Shown here piece by piece: positions 1-8,339 of a stretch of 18,739 nt of DNA. The position numbers and the translations under genes are program-made. The first letter of the stretch is position 1; the number at the start of each line of letters is the position of its first letter. The stretch covers positions 1-18,739 of the forward strand of contig JAFGOA010000221.1 in NCBI GenBank assembly GCA_016926735.1. The letters are read 5' to 3'. This DNA comes from Promethearchaeota archaeon (GTDB taxonomy: Archaea; Asgardarchaeota; Lokiarchaeia; Sigyniarchaeales; SOKP01). A model generated the notes under the pieces. That model did not search any database. It was not told the DNA's origin and saw only the letters and a list, made by a program, of their open reading frames with translations.

Positions 1-5
1 AAAAA

Positions 6-37
<32 letters not shown>

Positions 38-57
38 TTTTTATTTGCTATACAAAT

Positions 58-1053
58 ATGGGAGAGTTAATATTTTTAGACATTTTTGGAAATTTTATAA
101 AATCTGAAATCATACTTGAAAAAAAACCAATCCATTGTATAAAAATAAAAGATTTAAATAATAATGGATTTCAAGAGATCCTTATAGGAGGATTCGATGG
201 GATCTTAAGAATTTTTACAATAAAAGATGATTTATCTCTAGAGTTATTCTGGATTCATAAATTTGAAATGTCAATAAGTGGTATCATATTAGATGATATT
301 AATTCTGATAATAATTTAGAAATAATCGTTTTTTCTCTTGATAGAACTCTCAGAATTTTGAATGTAAATGGTGAACTAATCTGGGCTCAGATGTTTGAAA
401 AAGGAATTGGAGATGTTACTATTTATTTTGATAGGAAAAGTAATAAAAAACAAATATTTGCAGTTGGAAATGATGGAACATTGAGAATTTATGATGGAAG
501 TTCAGGTGATTTATTATGGTTTAAGATTTTTAATAATAAATTAAGATGTCTTTCTATTATTAAAACAAATGGAAGATCAATATTAGCTTGTGGAGGTGAT
601 GATAGAAAACTTTATCTTATTGAATTGGATAATCAAGAAATTATAAAAACTCTAGCTTTTAATAACTATGTTTGGAAATGTAAAGCTTTCCCAAAATCAT
701 CCTTAGATAATTTAATTGTAAGTAGTTATTCATTTGAATTTTTTAATAATTCAAAGTCTTTAGCTGATATTAATTTTACCTCAAAAATTGTATCTATAAA
801 TAAAAATATTGAAATAAAATGGGAATTAACGGAAATTAATTCGGAAGATTTTTGTATATTTAATAAAAATAAACATATACTAATAGGAATTGGTACAACT
901 AAAGGAGATCTAATAATTGTAGATGAAAACAGTGGAAATATAATTTTTAAAATAGAATTATTTTCTTGCATTAATATGGTTCAATATATTTCTGAAGAAG
1001 ATTTATTAATAGCTTGTAATGATGAAGGAAAGATGTATGCGTTCTCTTTATAA
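58..1053 (+). CDS. Beta-propeller protein with WD40/FG-GAP-like blades; probably 5'-truncated, as the frame is open to position 1
   Basis: Repeating ~40-aa blades: DLNNNGFQEILIGGFDGILRIF, DINSDNNLEIIVFSLDRTLRIL, AVGNDGTLRIYDGSSGDLLW, CGGDDRKLYLIEL, GTTKGDLIIVDENSGNIIF, CNDEGKMYAF. No in-frame stop between 1 and 58. Confidence 0.8.
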   Translation: MGELIFLDIFGNFIKSEIILEKKPIHCIKIKDLNNNGFQEILIGGFDGILRIFTIKDDLSLELFWIHKFEMSISGIILDDINSDNNLEIIVFSLDRTLRILNVNGELIWAQMFEKGIGDVTIYFDRKSNKKQIFAVGNDGTLRIYDGSSGDLLWFKIFNNKLRCLSIIKTNGRSILACGGDDRKLYLIELDNQEIIKTLAFNNYVWKCKAFPKSSLDNLIVSSYSFEFFNNSKSLADINFTSKIVSINKNIEIKWELTEINSEDFCIFNKNKHILIGIGTTKGDLIIVDENSGNIIFKIELFSCINMVQYISEEDLLIACNDEGKMYAFSL

Positions 1054-1139
1054 AATACTAAAATAAATATATTCGAATTCTAAGTTTGATAAGATTAAAA
1101 GAAAAAAATATTTAAAAAAAAAAGACTAAAATGTCTGTA

Positions 1140-1472
1140 CTAGTCGTCATCCTCATTTAGAACTTTCTCTTCAGCAGCTAACTCTTGTTCAAGTTCTTCT
1201 AAAGGTACTGGTGCTGGCGTTGTAAGCATACTATAACCTATCCAAACAGCAATTACTGCAATTAATGCTACAATTATACACATAGGAACTACAACAAAAA
1301 ATTGCCACTTAAAAACATCAAATCCTAACCAAGATGTAGTTATGTCGAATCCAGCGGGATAATCCCAAACTTCCCACATAAGATAATCAACAATTGAACC
1401 TAGCACATATAAGATACCTATAGCGGCACCTAATATCATTACAATTAATCCAATTATTTTATCTTTTCTAAT
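1140..1472 (-). CDS. Small two-TM membrane protein, DPM2/PIG-P-like, with an acidic C-terminal tail (ORF track start GTG 1481; proposed start ATT 1472)
   Basis: Two hydrophobic helices (IIGLIVMILGAAIGILYVL; FFVVVPMCIIVALIAVIAVWIGYSML) followed by TTPAPVPLEELEQEL. Residue spacing matches DPM2 as recalled. Confidence 0.65.
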   Translation of the reverse strand: MRKDKIIGLIVMILGAAIGILYVLGSIVDYLMWEVWDYPAGFDITTSWLGFDVFKWQFFVVVPMCIIVALIAVIAVWIGYSMLTTPAPVPLEELEQELAAEEKVLNEDDD

Positions 1473-1617
1473 TGTTAACACCTTTATTATTATTATAACT
1501 TGATAATGAATTCTAATTTCTCAAGTTATTACTAATAAAATCACATTTCAATAAAAACCATTTGATTCTAAATAGAATCTATATCTTTAAAATTTTTTAT
1601 TTTTTTTCCCTTAATAA

Positions 1618-1828
1618 TACAGAAACAACCATCTCTTACAGGAAGGGGATGAATAGCGTAAATTATTTTTAAAAATTGCTTTTAAAAAAATCTAAGATAT
1701 TGGGACTGTGAACTTAATATGATTTAAAGGTCTTGATTCCCTAAGACTATATAAGCATTTCTATCATGGTTTAGCATGTATTCACGCTCAATTCATTACC
1801 TTCATAAGTAAAGGTATGTTCTTGAGTA
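1618..1828. mobile_element. Degenerate non-autonomous IS200/IS605-like element remnant (MITE/PATE-like)
   Basis: Imperfect inverted ends: 1642-1663 GAAGGGGATGAATAGCGTAAAT versus reverse complement of 1780-1803 GAAGGTAATGAATTGAGCGTGAAT. The right arm has a hairpin TACCTT(1797-1802)/AAGGTA(1811-1816). No ORF of note inside. Confidence 0.5.
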
Positions 1829-1834
1829 ACAATA

Positions 1835-2818
1835 ATGATTACTTCTAAAATTGAACCATATGTCCTTATAATTGGTTCCAGTAATATGGATCTAAATATT
1901 TATTCTCAAAAATTACCCAAACCTAGTGAAACGGTGACAGGTGGAACTTTCAAACAAACCTTAGGTGGAAAAGGGGCAAATCAATCAATAGCATCAGTCA
2001 GATCTGGTGCAAAGACTATTTTTATTAGTAAAATTGGTTTAGATCCTTTTGGAGATCAGATGATTAAGAATCTAAATGATAATGGCGTAATTACTGATTT
2101 TATCATAAGAGATCCAATAAATCCAAGCGGAGTTGCTTTCATTTTGATTGATGATAAAGGAGAAAATATGATCAGTGTAGCTCCAGGTTCTAATTCAAAA
2201 TTAGAGATATCTGAAATAAAAAAAATTAAAAATATAATCAAGAATTCCAGTGTGTTAATAATTCAAATGGAAATTCCAATTAAGACGATTGAAATTATTT
2301 TTAAAATAGCTTCAAAAGGAAATACTATAAAGATACTCAATCCAGCACCTTTAAGATCTATTCCAATAGAACTTTTTAAAAATATTGATATTCTTGTACC
2401 AAATGAAGGAGAACTTTTCAAATTACATACCATCTTAGGTTTTAAAAAGCATTATAAAAAGAATTCTAATATTGATTTTAATACAATTATAAAAACATGT
2501 AAAGATATTGGTGAATTAGGGCTTAAATTCATTATTCCTACTTTAGGTTCAAAAGGTTGTATATTATATGATGTTTTGAATAAAAAAGGAACCATATTTC
2601 CCTCATTTAATGTCAAAGCAATTGACACTGTTGGTGCCGGAGATTGTTTTAATGGTGTATTAGCTAGTCAATTATATAAAAAAAAATCAATAATCGAATC
2701 AATAAAATATGCAATATCAGCAGCATCAATAGCAATTACAAGATTAGGGGCTCAAGAATCCATACCCTTTTTAGAAGAAATTCATGAAAAAGTAAAAGAG
2801 TACAAAAAAATTTTATGA
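1835..2818 (+). CDS. rbsK: Ribokinase (PfkB family)
   Basis: GSSNMDL, GGKGANQ, GENMISVAPGSN, LNPAP, PNEGE and DTVGAGDCF motifs. Confidence 0.9.
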   Translation: MITSKIEPYVLIIGSSNMDLNIYSQKLPKPSETVTGGTFKQTLGGKGANQSIASVRSGAKTIFISKIGLDPFGDQMIKNLNDNGVITDFIIRDPINPSGVAFILIDDKGENMISVAPGSNSKLEISEIKKIKNIIKNSSVLIIQMEIPIKTIEIIFKIASKGNTIKILNPAPLRSIPIELFKNIDILVPNEGELFKLHTILGFKKHYKKNSNIDFNTIIKTCKDIGELGLKFIIPTLGSKGCILYDVLNKKGTIFPSFNVKAIDTVGAGDCFNGVLASQLYKKKSIIESIKYAISAASIAITRLGAQESIPFLEEIHEKVKEYKKIL

Positions 2819-3060
2819 AACCAAAATTTGTGTCTTTTTTTCATCTTTTAAGCTAAATATTTTTAATAAAAAAAATTTAGTCAGAAAATACATTTGAAAG
2901 GCTTCTTTTTCTTCTTTAGTTTGAAATTTTCAAAATTTTAATTCAATCAAGATCAATAAAATTAAAAAATTATAAAACACTGATCTAATCCTCAAAATAA
3001 CAAAATTAAAAAAAAAAAATAATTTTGTAAAACTTATCGGAACAATAAGATTTGATTAAG

Positions 3061-3579
3061 ATGACTCCAGACGAAGAACATAGAGAAGAAGAAATAGAAG
3101 AAAAAGTAGAAGAGGATACTTCTGAAGAAATAGATGATGAAATAGAAGATGAAATTGACGCAGATAAAGAACTTGATAAATTAAAATTTCATTATCGCGG
3201 ATATACCTTAGATGATTTAAAAAAAATGAATATGGATCAATTCATACAATTATTACCTGCAAGAGCAAGACGATCTTTGAAACGTGGTCTACCTCCAAGG
3301 CAAAAGAAACTTTTAGAAAGATTAAGAAGATCCTATCGTGCTAAAAAAAGAGGAAAAGATATTCTTACAAGAACTCATGTGAGAGATATGATAGTGTTTC
3401 CAGAAATGGTTGGATTAAAAATCGGGGTATATAATGGAAAAACATATGAAGTTGTTGAAATTAAACCAGATATGATTGGCCATTATCTTGGAGAATTTTC
3501 ACAAACAAGAAAACGAATAACACATGGATCTCCTGGTGTTGGTGCTACAAGAAGTTCAAAATATGTTCCATTGAAATAA
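3061..3579 (+). CDS. rps19: 30S ribosomal protein uS19 with acidic N-terminal extension (ATG 3061 preferred over TTG 3052)
   Basis: [71 protein letters not shown]. Confidence 0.97.
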   Translation: MTPDEEHREEEIEEKVEEDTSEEIDDEIEDEIDADKELDKLKFHYRGYTLDDLKKMNMDQFIQLLPARARRSLKRGLPPRQKKLLERLRRSYRAKKRGKDILTRTHVRDMIVFPEMVGLKIGVYNGKTYEVVEIKPDMIGHYLGEFSQTRKRITHGSPGVGATRSSKYVPLK

Positions 3580-3614
3580 ATTATAAAAAAAATAAAAAAA
3601 AGTGAATATAAACT

Positions 3615-4094
3615 ATGCCAAATTGGGGATACTCATTTACAGAAGAGAAATATGATGTAGAAAGAATTGCAAAAGCATCAGGAAGAGATCTAAGAATAAA
3701 ACCAAAACATGCAAGAGAAATATGTGCTGTAATTAAAGGTATGAAACTTGAAAAAGCCAAAGAATTTTTGGAAAAAGTAATTAGTATAGATCAATCAGTA
3801 CCATTCAGAAGATATAAAAAAAAACAAGCTCATAGAAACGATTTAAAACAATTCAAATGGTATGCTGGAAGATATCCACAAAAAGCTGCTGCAAGAATCT
3901 ATGAATTATTAGCTCAAGTGGAGGCCAATGCAGAATATAAGGGATTAGATGTTGAGTTATGCAGAATAATTCATGCTGCCACTCAAAAAGGAAGAATTAT
4001 TAAACGTTATATTGAAAGAGCTATGGGTAGATCATCACCATATTTTAAATATTTAGCCCATGTTGAAATAGTAATTTATGAAGTTCCAAGTTAA
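3615..4094 (+). CDS. rpl22: 50S ribosomal protein uL22
   Basis: AKASGRDLRIKPKHAREIC, VPFRRY, GRYPQKAA, ANAEYKGLD, RAMGRSSP, HVEIV. Confidence 0.97.
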   Translation: MPNWGYSFTEEKYDVERIAKASGRDLRIKPKHAREICAVIKGMKLEKAKEFLEKVISIDQSVPFRRYKKKQAHRNDLKQFKWYAGRYPQKAAARIYELLAQVEANAEYKGLDVELCRIIHAATQKGRIIKRYIERAMGRSSPYFKYLAHVEIVIYEVPS

Positions 4095-4108
4095 ATCATA
4101 ATATTATA

Positions 4109-4130
4109 TCTTTTTTTATACCCTTTTTCT
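4109..4130 (+). terminator. Putative archaeal oligo-U terminator after rpl22
   Basis: TCTTTTTTTATACCCTTTTTCT about 15 nt after the stop codon. The background is AT-rich, so the signal is weak. Confidence 0.3.
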
Positions 4131-4348
4131 AAATAAAATTTAAAATGGATTAATCAGATCTAACATTTTATTAGATAATATAATTTTTTTTGATATATTT
4201 TTTTACTACATTATCTTTTTTAATGATTAACATATTTTTTGTATTATTAATTACTGAACCCATATTATCAATTTCATATTTATAATTGAATAATTATTGA
4301 TATAATTAAAGGAAAAGAAAATTCACATCAAATTTTATCTTTAGAAAA

Positions 4349-5983
4349 ATGGCTGTTAATTCTTATCTGTATTGGAATAATAAAGGTGATGAATTCTATC
4401 AGAATAAAGAGTTCCATAGAGCAATTAAATGTTATATAAAAGCATTAGAAACTAATAGAAAATCTTCCCTTATATGGAAAAATTTAGGAGATGCTTATAT
4501 TAGCTTGAAAAACTTCCAAAAATCTATTAAATGTTATAATCATGCGTTAAAAATAGACCCTCGATGTAAGGAAGTATGGAATAATAAAGGGATGGCTTAT
4601 AGTCATTTTGAAAGATATAATGAAGCAATTAAATGCTATAATAATGCTATAAGGTTAGATCCACAATATCTATTAGCCTTAAATAATAAAGGGTCTTCTT
4701 TAATACAATTAAAAAGATATAATGAAGCAATATCTTGCTATAATAAAGCTCTTAAAATCGAACCAACAAAATTAATTGTTCTATACAATAAAGGACTGAC
4801 ATTATATTATCTAAAACGATATAAAGAAGCTATTGATTCATTTGATAAAGCATTAAACCTTAAACCTAATCACATTTTTACCTTAGTGAATAAAGGAATT
4901 ATTCTTGCTCACCTTAAAAAATATGAAAAAGCAATTGATTTTTTTGATAAAGCCTTAGGATTAGGATCAAATGAAAAACAAACATGGCATAATAAAGGAA
5001 CTGCTTTAGGTAAACTTAAGAGATATAAAGAAGCTATTGTTTGTTTTGATAAAGCATTAGAATTAGATGAATATTATATACAAGCTTTGAGAGGAAAAGG
5101 GATTGCATTATTTCACCTGAAAAATTATGATGAAGCATTAAATTATTACAATAAAACTTTAGAATTGGATAGTAACAGTACACAGTCTTGGAATAATAAA
5201 GGAGTTGTTTTAGATAAACTTAAAAGATTTGAAGAAGCTATCTATTGTTTCAATAAAGCTTTAAAATTAGATTCAAAATATGTATACGCTTGGAGTAATA
5301 AAGGCTTTTCCCTAAACAATCTAAGAAGGTATGAAGATGCAATAAACTATTATGATAGAGCTTTAGAACTAGATTCCTCTGAAAAAGAAACATGGTATAA
5401 TAAAGGAACTGCATTGGGTAAGCTTAAGAATTATAAAGAGGCACTTAAATGTTTCGATAAAGCCTTAGATTTAGATCATAGCTATTTAAATGCTGTTAAA
5501 GGTAAAGGAATTGTACTTTTTCATCTTAAAAATTATGATGAAGCTCTTTTATTTTATGATAGAATAATAGATCAAGGTGCAGAATCTAAACAAGCATGGA
5601 ATAATAAAGGAGTAATTCTTTTCAAACTTAAGAAATTTAAAGAAGCAATAAGTTGTTTCAATAGAGTATTAGAATTAGATTCAGAATATAAATTCGCTTG
5701 GAACAATAAAGGTCGTTCTCAAATAAATCTTGAAAAATATAGTGATGCAATTATCTCTTTCAGTAAAGCCTTAGAAATAGACCCTAATTTTGCAGACGCT
5801 TTATATAACAAAGCTTGTATAGAGTCAGAAATTAATATAATTAATCAATCTATTAGAAATTTAGAAAAAGCTATTTTTATAGATGAAAAATATAAGAGGA
5901 GAGCTCAAAATAACAAACATTTTAGGAAACTAAAAAATCTACCTGAATTTATAAAAATAACTTCAAATTCTTCAAAATATTGA
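4349..5983 (+). CDS. Tetratricopeptide repeat protein (15 tandem 34-aa TPRs, the last with a YNKAC... capping module)
   Basis: Exact 34-aa periodicity with the consensus W/L-x-NKG...Y/F-x-EA...Y/F-x-KAL-x-LD. The C-terminus YNKACIES...NLEKAIFIDEKYKRRAQNNKHFRKLKNLPEF resembles a TPR end cap. Confidence 0.95.
   Translation: MAVNSYLYWNNKGDEFYQNKEFHRAIKCYIKALETNRKSSLIWKNLGDAYISLKNFQKSIKCYNHALKIDPRCKEVWNNKGMAYSHFERYNEAIKCYNNAIRLDPQYLLALNNKGSSLIQLKRYNEAISCYNKALKIEPTKLIVLYNKGLTLYYLKRYKEAIDSFDKALNLKPNHIFTLVNKGIILAHLKKYEKAIDFFDKALGLGSNEKQTWHNKGTALGKLKRYKEAIVCFDKALELDEYYIQALRGKGIALFHLKNYDEALNYYNKTLELDSNSTQSWNNKGVVLDKLKRFEEAIYCFNKALKLDSKYVYAWSNKGFSLNNLRRYEDAINYYDRALELDSSEKETWYNKGTALGKLKNYKEALKCFDKALDLDHSYLNAVKGKGIVLFHLKNYDEALLFYDRIIDQGAESKQAWNNKGVILFKLKKFKEAISCFNRVLELDSEYKFAWNNKGRSQINLEKYSDAIISFSKALEIDPNFADALYNKACIESEINIINQSIRNLEKAIFIDEKYKRRAQNNKHFRKLKNLPEFIKITSNSSKY
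4991..5806 (+). repeat. Diverged 408-nt (4-TPR) tandem duplication inside the TPR gene
   Basis: AATAAAGGAACTGCTTTAGGTAAACTTAAG at 4991 versus AATAAAGGAACTGCATTGGGTAAGCTTAAG at 5399. Protein motifs NKGTALGKLK and GKGIxLFHLKNYDEAL recur 136 aa apart. Confidence 0.8.
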
Positions 5984-6191
5984 CAAAATTTTTATTTTTC
6001 CCATTCTCGAAATTATGAATATTAAATTCTACAAAATTGCTTTTAAATTTTTCCCTTCATATTTCTTTTTTTGTAATCTCTTTTCATAAAATTAAAATTG
6101 AATATATCACTTTTTTTTTTACTATAGTGGTAAAATAATTAGATTTATTTAAAAATGAAAGTAATGAAAAGAAAAATGATCGGTGATACAT

Positions 6192-6980
6192 ATTCCCCTT
6201 TCTAAGCATTTCATTGAACAAGGTATCAGATTGATGCAAATAAATGAATATTTGCGTTCTGAACTAGTACGTGCAGGTTTTGCTGGAATTGAGTTGCAAA
6301 AAACACCACTTGGAGTTAGAATAACCTTAAAAACTTCAAGACCTGGATTAGTTATTGGTAAAGGTGGTAAAAGAATTCAAGAAATTACTGAAACCCTAGA
6401 AGAAAGATTTCATCTTGAAATGCCACAAATTGAAGTTGAAGAAATCAAAGATCCAAGTTTAGACGCACAAATTATGGCTGAAAGATTAGCATATTCCTTA
6501 GATAGGGGTAGACATTATAGAAGAGCTGGATATTATATTTTAAGACGAATTATGGATGCGGGTTCAAAAGGTGTCGAAATTAGAGTATCTGGGAAAGTAA
6601 CTTCACAGAGAGCAAGAACACAAATATTTAGGGCTGGAACTATGAAGAAGAGTGGTTATTCTGCTCAAGAAGCTGTTGATAAAGGTGTGGCCCAATGCAT
6701 TCAAAAATCTGGAACTTTGGGTGTTATCGTAAAGATTTTTCATTCAAATTATAACATTGGGGATGAAATAAAAGTACATTCCGATTTATTATTCAAAAGA
6801 CAGAAAGAACTTGAAGCAATGAAACCAAAATCCAAAGCAGAAAAATTAGCTGATGGAGATTATCTTATTGAAGAACATGAAGAAGAGCTATCTGATGAAG
6901 AAAAAGCGTTAATTGATGAAATTGACGAAGAAGAGATCTCAGAAGTTTCAATTGAAGAATTAGAAGATGATCAAAAATAA
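6192..6980 (+). CDS. rps3: 30S ribosomal protein uS3 with long acidic C-terminal tail (ORF track start GTG 6183; proposed start ATT 6192)
   Basis: KH domain RPGLVIGKGGKRIQEI, KTPLG, DAQIMAERLA, RGRHYRRA, GVEIRVSGK, GTLGVIVKI. Confidence 0.97.
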   Translation: MPLSKHFIEQGIRLMQINEYLRSELVRAGFAGIELQKTPLGVRITLKTSRPGLVIGKGGKRIQEITETLEERFHLEMPQIEVEEIKDPSLDAQIMAERLAYSLDRGRHYRRAGYYILRRIMDAGSKGVEIRVSGKVTSQRARTQIFRAGTMKKSGYSAQEAVDKGVAQCIQKSGTLGVIVKIFHSNYNIGDEIKVHSDLLFKRQKELEAMKPKSKAEKLADGDYLIEEHEEELSDEEKALIDEIDEEEISEVSIEELEDDQK

Positions 6981-7012
6981 TTTAAACACAAGTAATAAAG
7001 TGAGAAAAAAGA

Positions 7013-7234
7013 ATGACTGTATTAAAAGCTAAAAATATTCGAGAAATGGAAGAAAATGAAAGATTGAGAACTCTTACAGATTTACGAGAAGAACTAATGA
7101 TGCTCTATAGTATGCAAACAGGAGGCGGGTTATCAGACAACCCTGCAAAAGCAAAACAATTAAAGAAGCAAATCGCAAGAGTCCTTACTGTCCTGAATGA
7201 AAAGGATTTAGAAGATTTAGAATATGAAGACTAA
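7013..7234 (+). CDS. rpl29: 50S ribosomal protein uL29
   Basis: LKAKNIREM...LREEL...NPAKAKQLKKQIARVLTVLNE; lies directly after uS3. Confidence 0.93.
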   Translation: MTVLKAKNIREMEENERLRTLTDLREELMMLYSMQTGGGLSDNPAKAKQLKKQIARVLTVLNEKDLEDLEYED

Positions 7235-7535
7235 TCCAAAATATTTAATTTATCATGATCTGATTGGATTTTATATATATGCAAAATTAAAATCCAAGAA
7301 AGATATTGAATTTGATAATATGGGTTTAGTAATTAATGATACAAAAAATATGTTAATCATTAAAAAAGATAATGTAGTAAAAAAATATATCAAAAAAAAT
7401 TATATTTTCAGAATAAAATTACCAAAAACTGAGGAAAACGAACAATATTATTTAGAAATTGATGGGAAAAAAATTGTTGGTCGACCTGAAAAAAGATTGA
7501 GAAGCTTAAAAAAGAAAAAAAGGTTTATAAAATGA
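7224..7535 (+). CDS. rnp1: Ribonuclease P protein component 1 (Rpp29/POP4)
   Basis: LIYHDLIG, GLVINDTKNML, IDGKKIVGRPEKRL; canonical position between uL29 and uS17. Confidence 0.9.
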   Translation: MKTNPKYLIYHDLIGFYIYAKLKSKKDIEFDNMGLVINDTKNMLIIKKDNVVKKYIKKNYIFRIKLPKTEENEQYYLEIDGKKIVGRPEKRLRSLKKKKRFIK

Positions 7536-7888
7536 GTAGAAATGTAGGTATTCCAAATGTAAATCTTCCAAAAACAAAATCAGAAGATTGTCATGATAAT
7601 GATTGTCCATTTCATGGGACAACAAGAGTTAGAGGAAAGATCACTAAGGGAGTAGTAGTAAGTAAGAAATCAAAAAATACAATAATTATAAGATTTGATT
7701 ATGTTCATTTTGTTAAAAAATATAAAAGATATGAAAGAAGAAATTCACGTTTAGCATGTCATTTACCTGAATGTTTACATCATGATATTAATTTAGGTGA
7801 TTTGGTAATAGTTGGTGAAAGTCGTAAAATTTCAAAGACAAAATCATTTATAGTCCTAGATAAAGTCAAAAAAATAGGTGAAAAATAA
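7532..7888 (+). CDS. rps17: 30S ribosomal protein uS17
   Basis: RNVGI, CHDNDCPFHG, RVRG, KYKRYERRNS, HLPECL, GESRKISKTKSF. Confidence 0.97.
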   Translation: MSRNVGIPNVNLPKTKSEDCHDNDCPFHGTTRVRGKITKGVVVSKKSKNTIIIRFDYVHFVKKYKRYERRNSRLACHLPECLHHDINLGDLVIVGESRKISKTKSFIVLDKVKKIGEK

Positions 7889-8313
7889 TGGGAAGTCGAC
7901 GAAAATCTGGAAGAAAAAAAGTAGTTAAATCTCGAACAAGTTATGGTCTTTGTAACGGTTCAAAGTTAAATATTGTTGATAACTCTGGAGCAAAAATTGC
8001 AAAGATAATTGGAGTAGATCATATTAAAACAAGACAAAGAAGACTTCCTAAGGCAACTGTAGGGGATGTATGCACCGTCACTATTAAAAAAGGAAAACCT
8101 GAATTACGAGGTAATATTTTAAAATGTGTAGTTGTTCGCCAGAAGAAAATTTATAGACGTATAGATGGTAGTCGTTTATGTTTTGAAGATAATGCTGGTG
8201 TGATTATTTCTAAAGAAGGAGAACCAAAAGGAACTGAAATAAGGGGGCCAATTGCTAGAGAAGCAGCAGAAACTTTTCCAAGATTAGCCTCTATTTCATC
8301 ACTAATAGTATAA
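7888..8313 (+). CDS. rpl14: 50S ribosomal protein uL14
   Basis: DNSGAK, RRLPKATVGD, KKGKPELR, VVVRQKK, FEDNAGVI, PKGTEIRGPIAREAAE. Confidence 0.97.
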   Translation: MGSRRKSGRKKVVKSRTSYGLCNGSKLNIVDNSGAKIAKIIGVDHIKTRQRRLPKATVGDVCTVTIKKGKPELRGNILKCVVVRQKKIYRRIDGSRLCFEDNAGVIISKEGEPKGTEIRGPIAREAAETFPRLASISSLIV

Positions 8314-8339
8314 AAAAATAATAATAATAAGTGAATATT

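Noticed and set aside
726-971. Minus-strand 81-aa ORF
   Set aside because: Antisense shadow of the beta-propeller gene; no motif.
2056-2241. Minus-strand 61-aa ORF
   Set aside because: Antisense shadow inside rbsK.
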